From an uncultured Chroococcidiopsis sp. (GTDB taxonomy: Bacteria > Cyanobacteriota > Cyanobacteriia > Cyanobacteriales > Chroococcidiopsidaceae): a stretch of 64,000 nucleotides of DNA. Below are positions 32,860 through 42,770 of the stretch, one piece after another. Each line of letters starts with the position of its first letter. Position 1 is the stretch's first letter. The notes under the pieces were generated by a model. That model had not been told where the DNA came from. It searched no databases and worked only from the letters and a program-made list of their open reading frames with translations. The DNA lies in assembly GCA_964248365.1 (NCBI GenBank), contig CAXTYC010000007.1:98212-162211 (forward strand), given 5' to 3'. The position numbers and the translations under genes were made by a program.

Positions 32860-33135
32860 ATGAATAGCAATTCAAGCAATGAACGATTTGAAAGAATTGA
32901 GGCATGGTTAGAAAGTACTTTTTTTAAGAATTGTTTCCAATGCTAGGGCGATTCAAGCTAACACCGAATCTATTAACGCCATAGCCCTGCATCTGGTAGA
33001 ACTACGGGGGTTAGCACAAGAAGAAGCTCGTGTCAATTTACAATAATATAGAGAAAGGACTGATAGCCTTAACGCTGCCATTGAGCGGTTAGATATAATT
33101 GTAGATTACTTGAGGAGGCGCGATCGCGCCCCCTT
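32860..33135 (+). pseudogene. small coiled-coil hypothetical protein, disrupted
   Basis: MNSNSSNERFERIEAWLES / IVSNARAIQANTESI..*..LNAAIERLDIIVDYL with a frameshift in a T run and an in-frame stop. Confidence 0.5.
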
Positions 33136-33248
33136 AAAAATTATTTTTGAGCGAGTATATTTTTACTATATTTTAATTTTAGCTCAAAATTGAAGTAACT
33201 GGACAATTTATCTAGGGTAATTTTTTTAAGTAAAATATAGGTAATATT

Positions 33249-33806
33249 ATGATATATTATATGAATAATTCGCGTCAGGTAAAAATTAGTAAATATCTGA
33301 GTAAACATCTTAGACACCAACCTGAGCGCTTGGGAATTAAATTAGCTCCTGGGGGCTGGGTTTCTGTCGATGAACTCTTATCCGCCTGTGCCAAAAATTC
33401 TTTTCCTATCAGCAAGGTTGAGTTGAATGAAGTAGTCGAAAATAATGATAAAAAACGCTTTTCTTTCGACTCTACTGGAACTTTAATTAGAGCAAATCAA
33501 GGGCATAGTGTAGAAATTGATTTAGAATTAAAACCTGTTATTCCTCCTGATGTGCTATATCACGGTACGGGATGGAGTGCAGTTGAATCAATTATGCACA
33601 ATGGTTTGAATAAAATGTCGCGGCATCATGTCCATTTATCTCAAGATATTGAGACAGCAATAAAAGTAGGCGCGAGGCATGGAAAACCAGTAGTTTTTGC
33701 TATCGATGCAGATGCAATGCATTCCTTTGGTTATACGTTCTACTGTTCTGATAATGGTGTTTGGCTGGTGGATTATGTTCCACCTGAGTATTTGCAGTTG
33801 ATTTGA
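33249..33806 (+). CDS. kptA: RNA 2'-phosphotransferase (Tpt1/KptA)
   Basis: LSKHLRH, DKKRF, IRANQGHS, LYHGT, RHHVHLS, VGARHG, NGVWL. Confidence 0.96.
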   Translation: MIYYMNNSRQVKISKYLSKHLRHQPERLGIKLAPGGWVSVDELLSACAKNSFPISKVELNEVVENNDKKRFSFDSTGTLIRANQGHSVEIDLELKPVIPPDVLYHGTGWSAVESIMHNGLNKMSRHHVHLSQDIETAIKVGARHGKPVVFAIDADAMHSFGYTFYCSDNGVWLVDYVPPEYLQLI

Positions 33807-33994
33807 ATAGATACCGTCAAACCTTCTTAGTAGTAACGATTCATTTGTGTTGCCAAAAATCGAGGTAAATTTCTCTCCAGAGATGCGCTGGGGATCGCTC
33901 CTTGCTAAACTTTAAACTTTAGGCTGCTCGATCGTCTATATTCCTTATTAGGAACCTTGCTGCTTTAGGAGTAGCGATAGAGGAAAAAAATTAT

Positions 33995-34696
33995 ATGTCC
34001 CAGTCGATAACTCGCAATTCTGCAAAAACCTTAACTTTTGAAGAGTACCGATTCTATCAGGGAGAACCGGATGTCCTTTATGAACTTTTCAGGGGTAACT
34101 TAATACCAATGGCGACTCCTACAGTCTTACACATCAGTATTTGTCAATTTTTGGTTTATCATTTCCAACGCTACTTTGCTATTAAAAATCTTTCCCTGGT
34201 TGTAGCAACTACTGTTGGAGTGAGGACTGAGGAGGATTCATCCCGCATTCCTGATGTTGTGGTTTGTAGTCAAAGTCTTTGGGAACAAGCCCGTGCTAGA
34301 AGTGGAGCAGGGGTGCTTGACTTTGATGAAGTACCTGTATTAGTTGTTGAAGTAGTCAGTGATAATTGGCGCGAAGATTATATCCGCAAACGTGCCGAGT
34401 ATGCCTTAATCAATATTCCTGAATATTGGATTGTTGATCCGAAAAAAGAGCGGGTTTGGGTTTTAACTAATCCCGAAAGCGAAGATGGTTACGATCGCAC
34501 CGAGTTTAGGCATGGTCAAAACATTACATCTGTACAGTTTCCTGAGCTAATTTTATCCCTAGAGCAAGTGTTATCTCCTCCCGTTGTGGAAGAATTAATC
34601 AAGGAGGATGTGCGATCGCAACAAAAATTAGAGCAAAGAACTGAAAGATTAGCTGCTAAGCTACGTGAAATGGGAGTAGACCCTGATTCTGTTTAG
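33995..34696 (+). CDS. Uma2-family (DUF820) PD-(D/E)XK protein
   Basis: RIPDVVV, LVVEVVS, DYIRKRAEY, IPEYWIVDP; C-terminal ERLAAKLREMGVDP. Confidence 0.92.
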   Translation: MSQSITRNSAKTLTFEEYRFYQGEPDVLYELFRGNLIPMATPTVLHISICQFLVYHFQRYFAIKNLSLVVATTVGVRTEEDSSRIPDVVVCSQSLWEQARARSGAGVLDFDEVPVLVVEVVSDNWREDYIRKRAEYALINIPEYWIVDPKKERVWVLTNPESEDGYDRTEFRHGQNITSVQFPELILSLEQVLSPPVVEELIKEDVRSQQKLEQRTERLAAKLREMGVDPDSV

Positions 34697-34845
34697 TCAG
34701 GCAATGCGATCGTATAATTGGTAGTTGGTAAAAGGGTAAGGGTAAAGGGTAAAGAGGTATTGCCGTAAAGGGTAAAGGCAATTCATAATTACTCCCCCTC
34801 TCCTCATCTTTTCATCTCCCCCTCTCTCTAGCCCCTAGCCCCTCA

Positions 34846-36861
34846 TTATGGCTGTGTCACCCCAGGATCAGGAGATGACTGAGGTTGTTGTGCTACTGGT
34901 GGTGCGGTATTAGTGGGAGACGACTGCACTGGTTGTGAGGATTGGTAATCACTAGGCAGCTGGTATTGTGTATCTCCTGAAGAGATAGACTTGTCAGCAG
35001 GCACGGGTGGATCTGTAGTGGGCAGTGTTTGAGAATTACGCGGTGCGGGTGACTCGCCTGGTGTTTGAGAATTACTCGGTGCGGGTGACTCACTCGCAGG
35101 CGGTGTTTGGTAATTGTTTAATGTAGGTGACTCGACTGTAGGAGATGGCTGGGAATTATTTGATGTAGGTGACTCGACTGGCGATGGTGATGGGGTATTT
35201 GGTGTAGGTGACTCGACTGGCGATGGTGATGAAGTATTTGGTGTAGGTGACTCGACTGGCGATGGTGATGGGGTATTTGGTGTAGGTGACTCGACTGGTG
35301 ACGGTGATGGGGTATTTGGTGTAGATGTCTTGGGTGGTGGTGTTTGAACTGGTGTTTGTTGTGATTTTGTTTGAGAGGAATTACGCGATTTTTTAGCCTC
35401 GTAGTTATTTGAACGTTGACCCGAATTAGGGTTTGAGGTTTGCACTGGCGTTGCTATACTACGTCTGGTCGGAGTGGGCGATGAGACATTACCTTTATTG
35501 GAATTAACCGATAGCCCCCCTTGCTTGCGGCGAGAAGGGACTGGTTGCGAAGTGATATTTTTTGTTTGCGGCGTGATGGTAGTCTTAGGGTTTCCATCTC
35601 CCTTAGAGGTGCTATTTGACTGCTGTCGCTCAGAATTAGGGTTAGAGGTTTGCCCCAGTGGTGTGACGATCTGATTTTCCCCGTGTGGCAGGGATATCGT
35701 TTTATCGTATTTGATATCACCCGAAGGGGAAGCTTGAGGTGGGACAACGGCTGGGGAATTTTTTGGTTGCTGTTGTTCAGGTTTGTGGGGAAAAGCTGCA
35801 CTGAAGGCAACTGTGGCAATGCCTAAGATTGCTGCTACTCCTGTGCCAATCAAAAGACCACGAATAAATGATTGTTTGGCTGGTGGTTCATCAACATCAA
35901 ACTGAGATTCATCAGTTGCTTCTGCTAAAGCAACTGGCTCGTGCTGGGAAATTAAAGCTGGAGTTACCCCTGTGTTTGTCGGTCTTAGTTTTAACGGGTT
36001 TGTAGTGCTTGTCCGAATAACAGGCTGATTATCTGGTAAAAGTTCCAGCCACTCGGCTACTGTGGATGGTCTACAATTGGCTTCCAGTTCCATCCCATGC
36101 ATTACTGCCCAGTCAACTGCTTCACTTAGCTGGGGTTTTATCTTGCGGGGGGGTTGCATCCCAAAGCGATCGCGTAAACTCGCTGCGGTGGGAACTTTTG
36201 CTGTCAACAAGGCGTATAGTGTTGCTGCTAGGGCATATACATCTGTTGCTGGTGTACGACGAGCATGGGGGAGATATTGTTCAATTGGCGCATACCCCTC
36301 GGAAACCATGTTTGTGTGTGTCTGTGTTGAGTCGGGGCTATACTCCCTGGCAATTCCGAAATCGATCAGCACTACTTCTTGAGTACCTTGTCGCAAAATG
36401 ATATTTTGCGGCTTCACATCCCGATGCAGCAAGTTATTTTGATGCACCACCTGCAACGCTGCGCCTATTTGCCGAATGTAGTGAATTGCGATCGCCTCTG
36501 GCAACGGATTTTTTGGAAATACTACTTTCGCTAGGTTTTGCCCTGGTATATAATCCATCACCATGTAGGGCAACCCATCTTCTATGAAAAAGTCACTCAC
36601 TCGGACAATATTTGGATGTACACAAGTCGCCAATCGTCTTGCCTCATCCTGAAAAGAGCGTTGGAACTTGGCAAAATTAGGAGCTTGCCGCAGCGACTCA
36701 TTGAGCGTTTTAATCACCACTGGTTGACCCAAATAGTGATGACTGGCTCTATACGTAATGCCAAAGCCACCTCGCCCTATTTCTTGCTCCAGGGTATATT
36801 TCCCACGCTGCAATGTTTTACCTGCTAGCATATCCCCTCTTTCGACATTGCAAAACATCAA
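34846..36861 (-). CDS. membrane-anchored Ser/Thr protein kinase (Pkn2-type) with Pro/Ser/Thr-rich C-terminus
   Basis: [28 protein letters not shown]; one TM helix. Confidence 0.95.
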   Translation of the reverse strand: MMFCNVERGDMLAGKTLQRGKYTLEQEIGRGGFGITYRASHHYLGQPVVIKTLNESLRQAPNFAKFQRSFQDEARRLATCVHPNIVRVSDFFIEDGLPYMVMDYIPGQNLAKVVFPKNPLPEAIAIHYIRQIGAALQVVHQNNLLHRDVKPQNIILRQGTQEVVLIDFGIAREYSPDSTQTHTNMVSEGYAPIEQYLPHARRTPATDVYALAATLYALLTAKVPTAASLRDRFGMQPPRKIKPQLSEAVDWAVMHGMELEANCRPSTVAEWLELLPDNQPVIRTSTTNPLKLRPTNTGVTPALISQHEPVALAEATDESQFDVDEPPAKQSFIRGLLIGTGVAAILGIATVAFSAAFPHKPEQQQPKNSPAVVPPQASPSGDIKYDKTISLPHGENQIVTPLGQTSNPNSERQQSNSTSKGDGNPKTTITPQTKNITSQPVPSRRKQGGLSVNSNKGNVSSPTPTRRSIATPVQTSNPNSGQRSNNYEAKKSRNSSQTKSQQTPVQTPPPKTSTPNTPSPSPVESPTPNTPSPSPVESPTPNTSSPSPVESPTPNTPSPSPVESPTSNNSQPSPTVESPTLNNYQTPPASESPAPSNSQTPGESPAPRNSQTLPTTDPPVPADKSISSGDTQYQLPSDYQSSQPVQSSPTNTAPPVAQQPQSSPDPGVTQP
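35165..35320 (-). repeat. four 39-bp tandem repeats encoding [13 protein letters not shown]
   Basis: GTAGGTGACTCGACTGG unit starts at 35165, 35204, 35243 and 35282; a degenerate unit at 35123. Confidence 0.93.
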
Positions 36862-37363
36862 AGGCTAAGTAACGCACACATGAATGCCTATGCTATACCG
36901 CCTTCGTTTAGAACTGTTAATTTAACCTTTCTTATGCGATCGCCCTTTTTCCTCCCAATCATTAAATTCCAAAGCCAGTCTGGATTATAGCAATCGTTGA
37001 AGTGCGCCGTATACTACTGCTTGCTCTTACAACTGCCATTGTAGTTGAAATTACGGTCTATTTTCTGTTTTCTTTTGCACATTAACTATGACCAAGACCG
37101 CCCGCGATAATTCGTAATTCGTAATTCGGAAGGCAAGAGGCGCTTAGGCTAGAGAATTTTAGATTTTAGATAATGGAATTGAAATTTCTCCCCTTGTCCC
37201 CTTGTCCCCTTGTCCCCTTGTCTTCCCCTAGCCCCTAGCCCCTAGCTATAGCGCCTAAGCGCCTCTAGCCCCAGTTGGGATTAACCTCCAACTTCCAGCT
37301 TGACAGATTTATGAATCGCTATAAGTCAAAAGACATCAATGTTATGTTAATTTTTGTTTTTAC

Positions 37364-38782
37364 ATGAGCGAATTATCAGGATGTTCTGAAAATCCCATCC
37401 AAACCCCAAACCCAAGTTTACTTTGTCTAAGCAATGGTCACGGAGAGGATATGATTGCTGTGCGTATTTTGCAGGAACTACAGCAGCACTCAACTTCACT
37501 CAATATCGCCGCTCTGCCTTTAGTAGGTGAAGGACGAGCTTATACTCAACAAGGTATTCCCATAATTGGCTCAGTTAAATCTATGCCTTCCGGTGGTTTT
37601 ATTTATATGGATGGGCGGGAACTGATGCGAGATTTGCAAGGTGGCTTATTACAATTAACCTTGGCTCAGTTAAAGGCTGTAAAAAGTTGGACTCGACGAG
37701 GAGATAGGGCGATGGGGCGATGGGGTAATGGGGCGATGGGGAGACTCCCCAACACCTCATCACCATCACCCCCCAACCCCTTGGTATTAGCTGTAGGTGA
37801 TATTGTACCGTTGTTGTTTGCCTGGTTGAGTGGTGCTAACTATGCTTTTGTTGGCACAGCCAAATCAGAATATTATGTGCGAGATGAAAAAGGTAATTTG
37901 CCTGGGCGATCGCCTTTTGCTCGTTTAGAAAATTGGTCAGGTTCAGTTTACCACCCTTGGGAACGCTGGCTGATGAGTCATCCCCGTTGTCAGGCGGTGT
38001 TTCCCAGAGACTCACTTACCGCCCAAATTTTACAAAAGTGGTCGATTCCAGCTTTCGATTTAGGAAATCCCATGATGGATCAGTTGGAACCAGTTAAACC
38101 ACCAGATAGTTTTGACTCAATAGAGCAAACGCTAACTATTCTACTGCTTCCTGGTTCTAGAACACCAGAAGCATTAGGCAATTGGGAGCAAATTGTAACG
38201 GCACTAACAGATTTAAGTGCAACTAGCAACGATCGCTCGCTATTATTTTTAGGTGCGATCGCCCCTGGTTTAAGCCTAGATCCTTTCTGCCAAATTCTCG
38301 CAAACGCTGGTTTCCAGCAATCCGTAGGGGCGAGGAACTCAGATATCCCTTTGCTCAAACAGACAATTCTACTAAACCCGCCCCCAAATCCCAAACAAAA
38401 TATATTGACATTTAGCAAAAATAATGCATTTATTATATTGACGCAACACGCCTATAACGAATGTTTGCATTTGGCACAGATAGCGATCGCAATGGCTGGG
38501 ACAGCCACAGAACAATTTGTAGGACTAGGTAAACCAGCAATTACCTTTCCAGGCAAAGGACCCCAATTTACCCAAGCATTTGCCCAAGCTCAAAGCCGTC
38601 TTTTAGGTGCATCTGTAATTTTGGTAGAACATCCCAATTCTGTTGCCGATGCAGTACAATCCCTCCTGAACGATCCACAAAGGCTACAGCTGATAGCCGA
38701 GAATGGCTTACGGCGGATGGGTAAACCAGGTGCAGCCCGTCGTATTGCCCAGTATTTAACCACAGTGACCAGTTATCAGTGA
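37364..38782 (+). CDS. lipid-A-disaccharide synthase-related glycosyltransferase-like protein
   Basis: LSNGHGED, PLVGEG, MPSGGF, VGTAKS, LLPGSR, MAGTATEQFVGLGKP. Confidence 0.85.
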   Translation: MSELSGCSENPIQTPNPSLLCLSNGHGEDMIAVRILQELQQHSTSLNIAALPLVGEGRAYTQQGIPIIGSVKSMPSGGFIYMDGRELMRDLQGGLLQLTLAQLKAVKSWTRRGDRAMGRWGNGAMGRLPNTSSPSPPNPLVLAVGDIVPLLFAWLSGANYAFVGTAKSEYYVRDEKGNLPGRSPFARLENWSGSVYHPWERWLMSHPRCQAVFPRDSLTAQILQKWSIPAFDLGNPMMDQLEPVKPPDSFDSIEQTLTILLLPGSRTPEALGNWEQIVTALTDLSATSNDRSLLFLGAIAPGLSLDPFCQILANAGFQQSVGARNSDIPLLKQTILLNPPPNPKQNILTFSKNNAFIILTQHAYNECLHLAQIAIAMAGTATEQFVGLGKPAITFPGKGPQFTQAFAQAQSRLLGASVILVEHPNSVADAVQSLLNDPQRLQLIAENGLRRMGKPGAARRIAQYLTTVTSYQ

Positions 38783-38892
38783 CCAGTTATCAGTGACCAG
38801 TGACCAGTTATCAGTTACCAACTACCAACTACCAACTACCAATTACAGCTAAAAGCTAAAAGCTAATTGATAATTGATAATTGATAATTGTT
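38763..38892. repeat. STRR-like heptamer cluster
   Basis: Runs of CAGTGAC/CAGTTAT, CAACTAC and TAATTGA. Confidence 0.85.
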
Positions 38893-38906
38893 GATTGGGT
38901 AGTGCA

Positions 38907-39008
38907 ATGGAATTTGCAGATTTTCAGGTTTGCGATCGCGATCTTAGCGATGCTATTTTTACCGAGTATATGAATGTCTCTGAGATCGCAGTAGATACGG
39001 AAACAATG
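38907..39008 (+). CDS. rnd: ribonuclease D-like 3'-5' exonuclease, exon 1
   Basis: MEFADFQVCDRDLSD..EIAVDTETM contains the ExoI D-T-E motif and joins in frame to 41416. Confidence 0.9.
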
Positions 39009-39615
39009 GTGCGACCCGTTTAGCCGAAAACCACGCTACCCGTAAGGGTGTGGTGAGATGGCTAGCAATTTCACAATTGACAACTGATTACCTATATAGG
39101 TGAGCCATAAACAAATCATGGCATTGGCAAGTCCTATCCACTTAATGCCCAGTGTGAAAGCACTTTCCCTACCAAAGCGACTGGACATCAAATTGGTAAA
39201 GCGGGATTGAAAGCGAGTCTCCCAAGATGCAATGGGTTTGAAACATCGCAAGCAAGGCGACATGGTGAGCGAAAGCGAAGATGCGATAACACTTCGTTAC
39301 AGTAAATGGGTGAAAGCATCTGATACACCCAAGCCAAAAGGCAAAGGATAAGGAATCGGCTAGAGTTGTTAGACCGATTGGGCATTCTAAATAAACTCGG
39401 AGTCCCAGCATCCACCTAAATCGCCCAACAAATAGGTAATCGGAACGGGGAAACCCTCATGTTTTCTCCTTTCTAGGTCGATAGACAGGTAGGCATCCAA
39501 GCCAAATGAAACATGAGAGTAGGATTGGGCAAGAAGCAAATGCCCGTTTGTAATGAACGTGGATAAGCTGACGTGCCTAGGGTTGATAGTTGATAGCGTC
39601 TAGTAAGTAGCAAAA

Positions 39616-41118
39616 ATGCCTAATACAAACGTTAAAAGCGGATTGTGGGATGAATGGCAACAAATTAGCTGGATTCCAGTTGAAAAGGTAGTCATGAAGC
39701 TTCAGAAACGTATCTATCAAGCGTCAACGGCTGGAAATGTCGCTTTAGTCCGTACTTTGCAAAAAAGACTGACGCGCTCATGGTTTGCGAAACTTCTGGC
39801 AGTACGCAGGGTGACACAGGAATTAGGCAAGACCGCTGAAATTGACGGTAAAAACCTTTACTTGACACAACGGATGAACCTAGCACTCAACCTGGACATA
39901 ACCAGGAAGACTAAACCTGGAAAAACTCAGAAGCGATCGCACTGCCCTATTACCATATATAATCGCGTTTGTCAATGTTTAGTCAAAATGGCGCTAGAAC
40001 CAGAATGGGAAGCTCTTTTTCATGCCCAATCTTATGGATTCCGCCCAGGTAGAAGTACTCATGATGCCATCGAAGCAATCTTCCAAAGTCTCTCTAGAAC
40101 AAAGGGCGATCGATGGTTGATTTCGGCACATATCGAAAAATGCTTTGATAGGATAAATCACGATTACCTACTAAACAAACTAGCAACCTACCCTGGGTTA
40201 AGACGAATCATTAAAGGCTGGCTAAAGGCGGGGAGTCTTAATGGCTCATCCATATTTCCCACAGAAGGTACACCACAAACCGGAGTATCCCCACTACTCG
40301 CCAACATTGCATTACATGGAATTGAGGAAAATTTCTCCAAAAGAGAAACCCCCCTCTCGATGAAAGTGCAATACGAAATGATCCGATACGCCGATGATTT
40401 TGCGATCATTTTTGGTGTGGATAAAACCCCCCAAAACACAAAATCACCAAACGGACGGGTAGGATATCAAGCCTGGATTGACTCACTCAATTCCTTCCTA
40501 GAACCTATTGGACTAAGAATCAAAGAGTCAAAAACCAAAGAAGTTAAAGCTTCAAATGGATTTGATTTTCTGGGATTCAACGTTTGTAGATATCAGGAAA
40601 AACAAGCGCTTAAAACCATCATTAAACCCAGCAAAGAAGCAGTTTCCAAACACATCAAATCCCTGAGAGAAGCAATAGACAAACTACGTCAAGCTCCCCA
40701 GGAAAAAGTAATTACTACACTAAATCCAATCATAAGCGGATGGTGCAATTATTATAGAACGGTGTGTTCAAAGGAAACCTTCAGCAAATGTGACTACGAC
40801 CTATTCCAAATGTTGTGGGGATGGGCATACACCCGCTGTCATGGTACAGGGAAAAAGGATATCAAGCGCAAATACTGGGGACAAGGTGAAGGGTGGAAGT
40901 TCGACTGGGGGAAATTCTCGTTACTGCGCCATGAAGGAACCAAGATAGTAAGGCACACCAAAGTCACAGGTGAAAAATCGCCTTATGACGGTGACTTCAT
41001 TTACTGGGGACAGAGACTAAGCAATTACGCTAACCTAAAAAATGAGTACACACATTACTCAAAAAACAAGGTGGCTGCAATAGACTTCTTGCATAAATCA
41101 GCCTCGCGGGACTTTTAG
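39616..41118 (+). CDS. ltrA: intron-encoded reverse transcriptase/maturase, degenerate; HNH tail frameshifted
   Basis: KLQKRIYQA, SYGFRPGRSTHDAI, GTPQ, SPLLANI, RYADDF, GFDFLGF, X domain LNPIISGWCNYY; out-of-frame NLQLLHRHCHD near 41260-41295. Confidence 0.9.
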   Translation: MPNTNVKSGLWDEWQQISWIPVEKVVMKLQKRIYQASTAGNVALVRTLQKRLTRSWFAKLLAVRRVTQELGKTAEIDGKNLYLTQRMNLALNLDITRKTKPGKTQKRSHCPITIYNRVCQCLVKMALEPEWEALFHAQSYGFRPGRSTHDAIEAIFQSLSRTKGDRWLISAHIEKCFDRINHDYLLNKLATYPGLRRIIKGWLKAGSLNGSSIFPTEGTPQTGVSPLLANIALHGIEENFSKRETPLSMKVQYEMIRYADDFAIIFGVDKTPQNTKSPNGRVGYQAWIDSLNSFLEPIGLRIKESKTKEVKASNGFDFLGFNVCRYQEKQALKTIIKPSKEAVSKHIKSLREAIDKLRQAPQEKVITTLNPIISGWCNYYRTVCSKETFSKCDYDLFQMLWGWAYTRCHGTGKKDIKRKYWGQGEGWKFDWGKFSLLRHEGTKIVRHTKVTGEKSPYDGDFIYWGQRLSNYANLKNEYTHYSKNKVAAIDFLHKSASRDF

Positions 41119-41180
41119 CGTCCTTCTTTGCGACGAGCGCGTCTTTGCGCGAAACAAAAAAAGACGAGTGCAACAAGTCT
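41082..41180. mobile_element. 99-bp MITE with IS5-like ends
   Basis: TIRs AGACTTCTTGCA / TGCAACAAGTCT flanked by an AAT duplication (41079-41081, 41181-41183); the same end occurs at 46487. Confidence 0.8.
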
Positions 41181-41415
41181 AATGAATACGGGTTAAACAG
41201 GCACGGGCGATGCAATGGAAGTAGACTACAATCCCTATTAAGCGGGAGACACATTGGAAAATCTACAATTGTTACATCGTCACTGCCACGACAAGAAAAC
41301 AGCACGCTTACGTGGCGTATTACGCTGCAATCAACTTAGGAGCCGTGTGTCTTGAAAGGGACACGCACGGTTCTGAAGCAGAGTTCATTATAGCAATGTA
41401 ATGTTCGACTGTAAC

Positions 41416-41943
41416 GGTTTATTACCTCAACGCGATCGCTTGTGTCTTGTCCAACTTTGTGACGCTCAAGATCGAGTCACAGTTATCAGAATCGCCAAAG
41501 GACAGACAGAGGCGAACAACTTAAAACAACTACTGCAAGCTGCTAATATCGTCAAGGTGTTCCACTTTGCTCGTTTTGACCTTGCTACTTTACAATACCA
41601 TCTCGGTATTAAAGTAAGACCTGTCTTCTGCACGAAAATCGCTAGCAAGTTAGCGCGTACCTACACAAACCGTCACGGACTCAAAGATGTAGTACAAGAA
41701 TTAGAGGGTGTAGAACTCGATAAAAGCGCTCAAAGTTCTGACTGGGGTAACTCCGCCAATTTGTCAGAACAGCAACTGCGCTATGCGGCAAATGATGTCC
41801 GCTATTTGCTAAGTATAAGGCAAAAGCTAACTGGGATGCTCAAACGCGAAGAACGATGGGAACTAGCACAAGCTAGCTTTGAAGCTTTGCCGACTATTGT
41901 TTCTTTAGATTTGTCACAATTTAAAGACTTGTTTGAGCATTAA
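41416..41943 (+). CDS. rnd: ribonuclease D-like 3'-5' exonuclease, exon 2
   Basis: DRLCLVQL, KVFHFARFD, CTKIASKL, SSDWG, YAANDV; spliced product 209 aa. Confidence 0.92.
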   Translation, partial: GLLPQRDRLCLVQLCDAQDRVTVIRIAKGQTEANNLKQLLQAANIVKVFHFARFDLATLQYHLGIKVRPVFCTKIASKLARTYTNRHGLKDVVQELEGVELDKSAQSSDWGNSANLSEQQLRYAANDVRYLLSIRQKLTGMLKREERWELAQASFEALPTIVSLDLSQFKDLFEH

Positions 41944-42105
41944 TTTTTATACCTATGGACTGATGTGCATTTCTAGTACGAAGTTAAACACTTGTAACGT
42001 AGCTGGGGAATATTTTTCTGTGGTAATCTTTGCATGGGCATTACTAGCCTCACATGAAAATAACAGCCTTATTGTAGGCTGTTGATAACTCAATGGAGTA
42101 TTTCT

Positions 42106-42543
42106 ATGAAACGAGCAATTTCATTCCTGAAAAATATTCGGTTGCGCCAAATTGTAACTGTTTGTTTAGTAGTTTTAGCATTTTTGATTAGCACTAATTT
42201 TGACATACATGGAAATTCTCTGCAAGCTTGGGCAGAAGCAGTAACACCAGAAGCTACTGATTACAACGCTACCAAGAGTGAAGTTCCAAATCGCCTGAAG
42301 GCTGAGAGAATCGAAGAAAATGCTGAAAAGTCAGCTAAACTCTTAGAAGAAGAGGGGATCAAAGTTACCAATAGAGCTGCGGAAAGTGCTAAAGATCCAA
42401 ATAAGAATTTATTTGAGAGTATCAAAGAAAAGCTCAATCTTGATGAACCAATAGATCCAGGGACGAAACAATTTGCTGAGCAGGTTAAGGAAGGCGCTTC
42501 CGAAGTAGTTAAAGCTCCCCAACGGGCTTTAAAAGCTGATTAA
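42106..42543 (+). CDS. hypothetical exported protein
   Basis: N-terminal hydrophobic segment, IKEKLNLDEP motif. Confidence 0.7.
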   Translation: MKRAISFLKNIRLRQIVTVCLVVLAFLISTNFDIHGNSLQAWAEAVTPEATDYNATKSEVPNRLKAERIEENAEKSAKLLEEEGIKVTNRAAESAKDPNKNLFESIKEKLNLDEPIDPGTKQFAEQVKEGASEVVKAPQRALKAD

Positions 42544-42770
42544 GTCAATCAGGCGATAAGCGCTACATTTTTATAATTTATAACCACAGATAGACATAGG
42601 TGAATACAGATAATATATCTGATTGTAATCATCTCTATATGTGGTTTTTTCTTTTTTTGTCTCTCGCAAAGACGCGCAGCGGCTTCTCGTAGAGTAGGCG
42701 CTAAGACGCAAAAGAAGGACGCTAAAAGGAGCGCGTCTAGTTACTTAATTTGTTTTTTCAACTATTTTTA

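Larger units (their letters stand above)
39009..41415 (+). mobile_element. group II intron (probably IIB/chloroplast-like), 2407 nt
   Basis: 5' GTGCG; 34-nt domain V GAGCCGTGTGTCTTGAAAGGGACACGCACGGTTC at 41340-41373 with AGC triad; domain VI and 3' AC; removal restores ..DTETM|GLLPQRDRLC.. Confidence 0.95.

Noticed and set aside
33249..33806. Functional link between kptA and the nearby group II intron
   Set aside because: KptA removes 2'-phosphates, which group II splicing does not produce; the genes are 5 kb apart with unrelated genes between
35123..35320. CRISPR-like regular repeats
   Set aside because: Head-to-tail 39-bp coding repeats with no unique spacers and no cas genes
17556..41118. 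Diversity-generating retroelement (RT plus Avd-like four-helix bundle)
   Set aside because: The RT lies in a clear group II intron, the helix-bundle gene is a pseudogene more than 20 kb away, and I found no template/variable repeat pair differing at adenines
41401..41943. Stand-alone 180-aa RNase D as given in the ORF track
   Set aside because: The start lies in intron domain VI and the product lacks the ExoI motif encoded at 38907-39008
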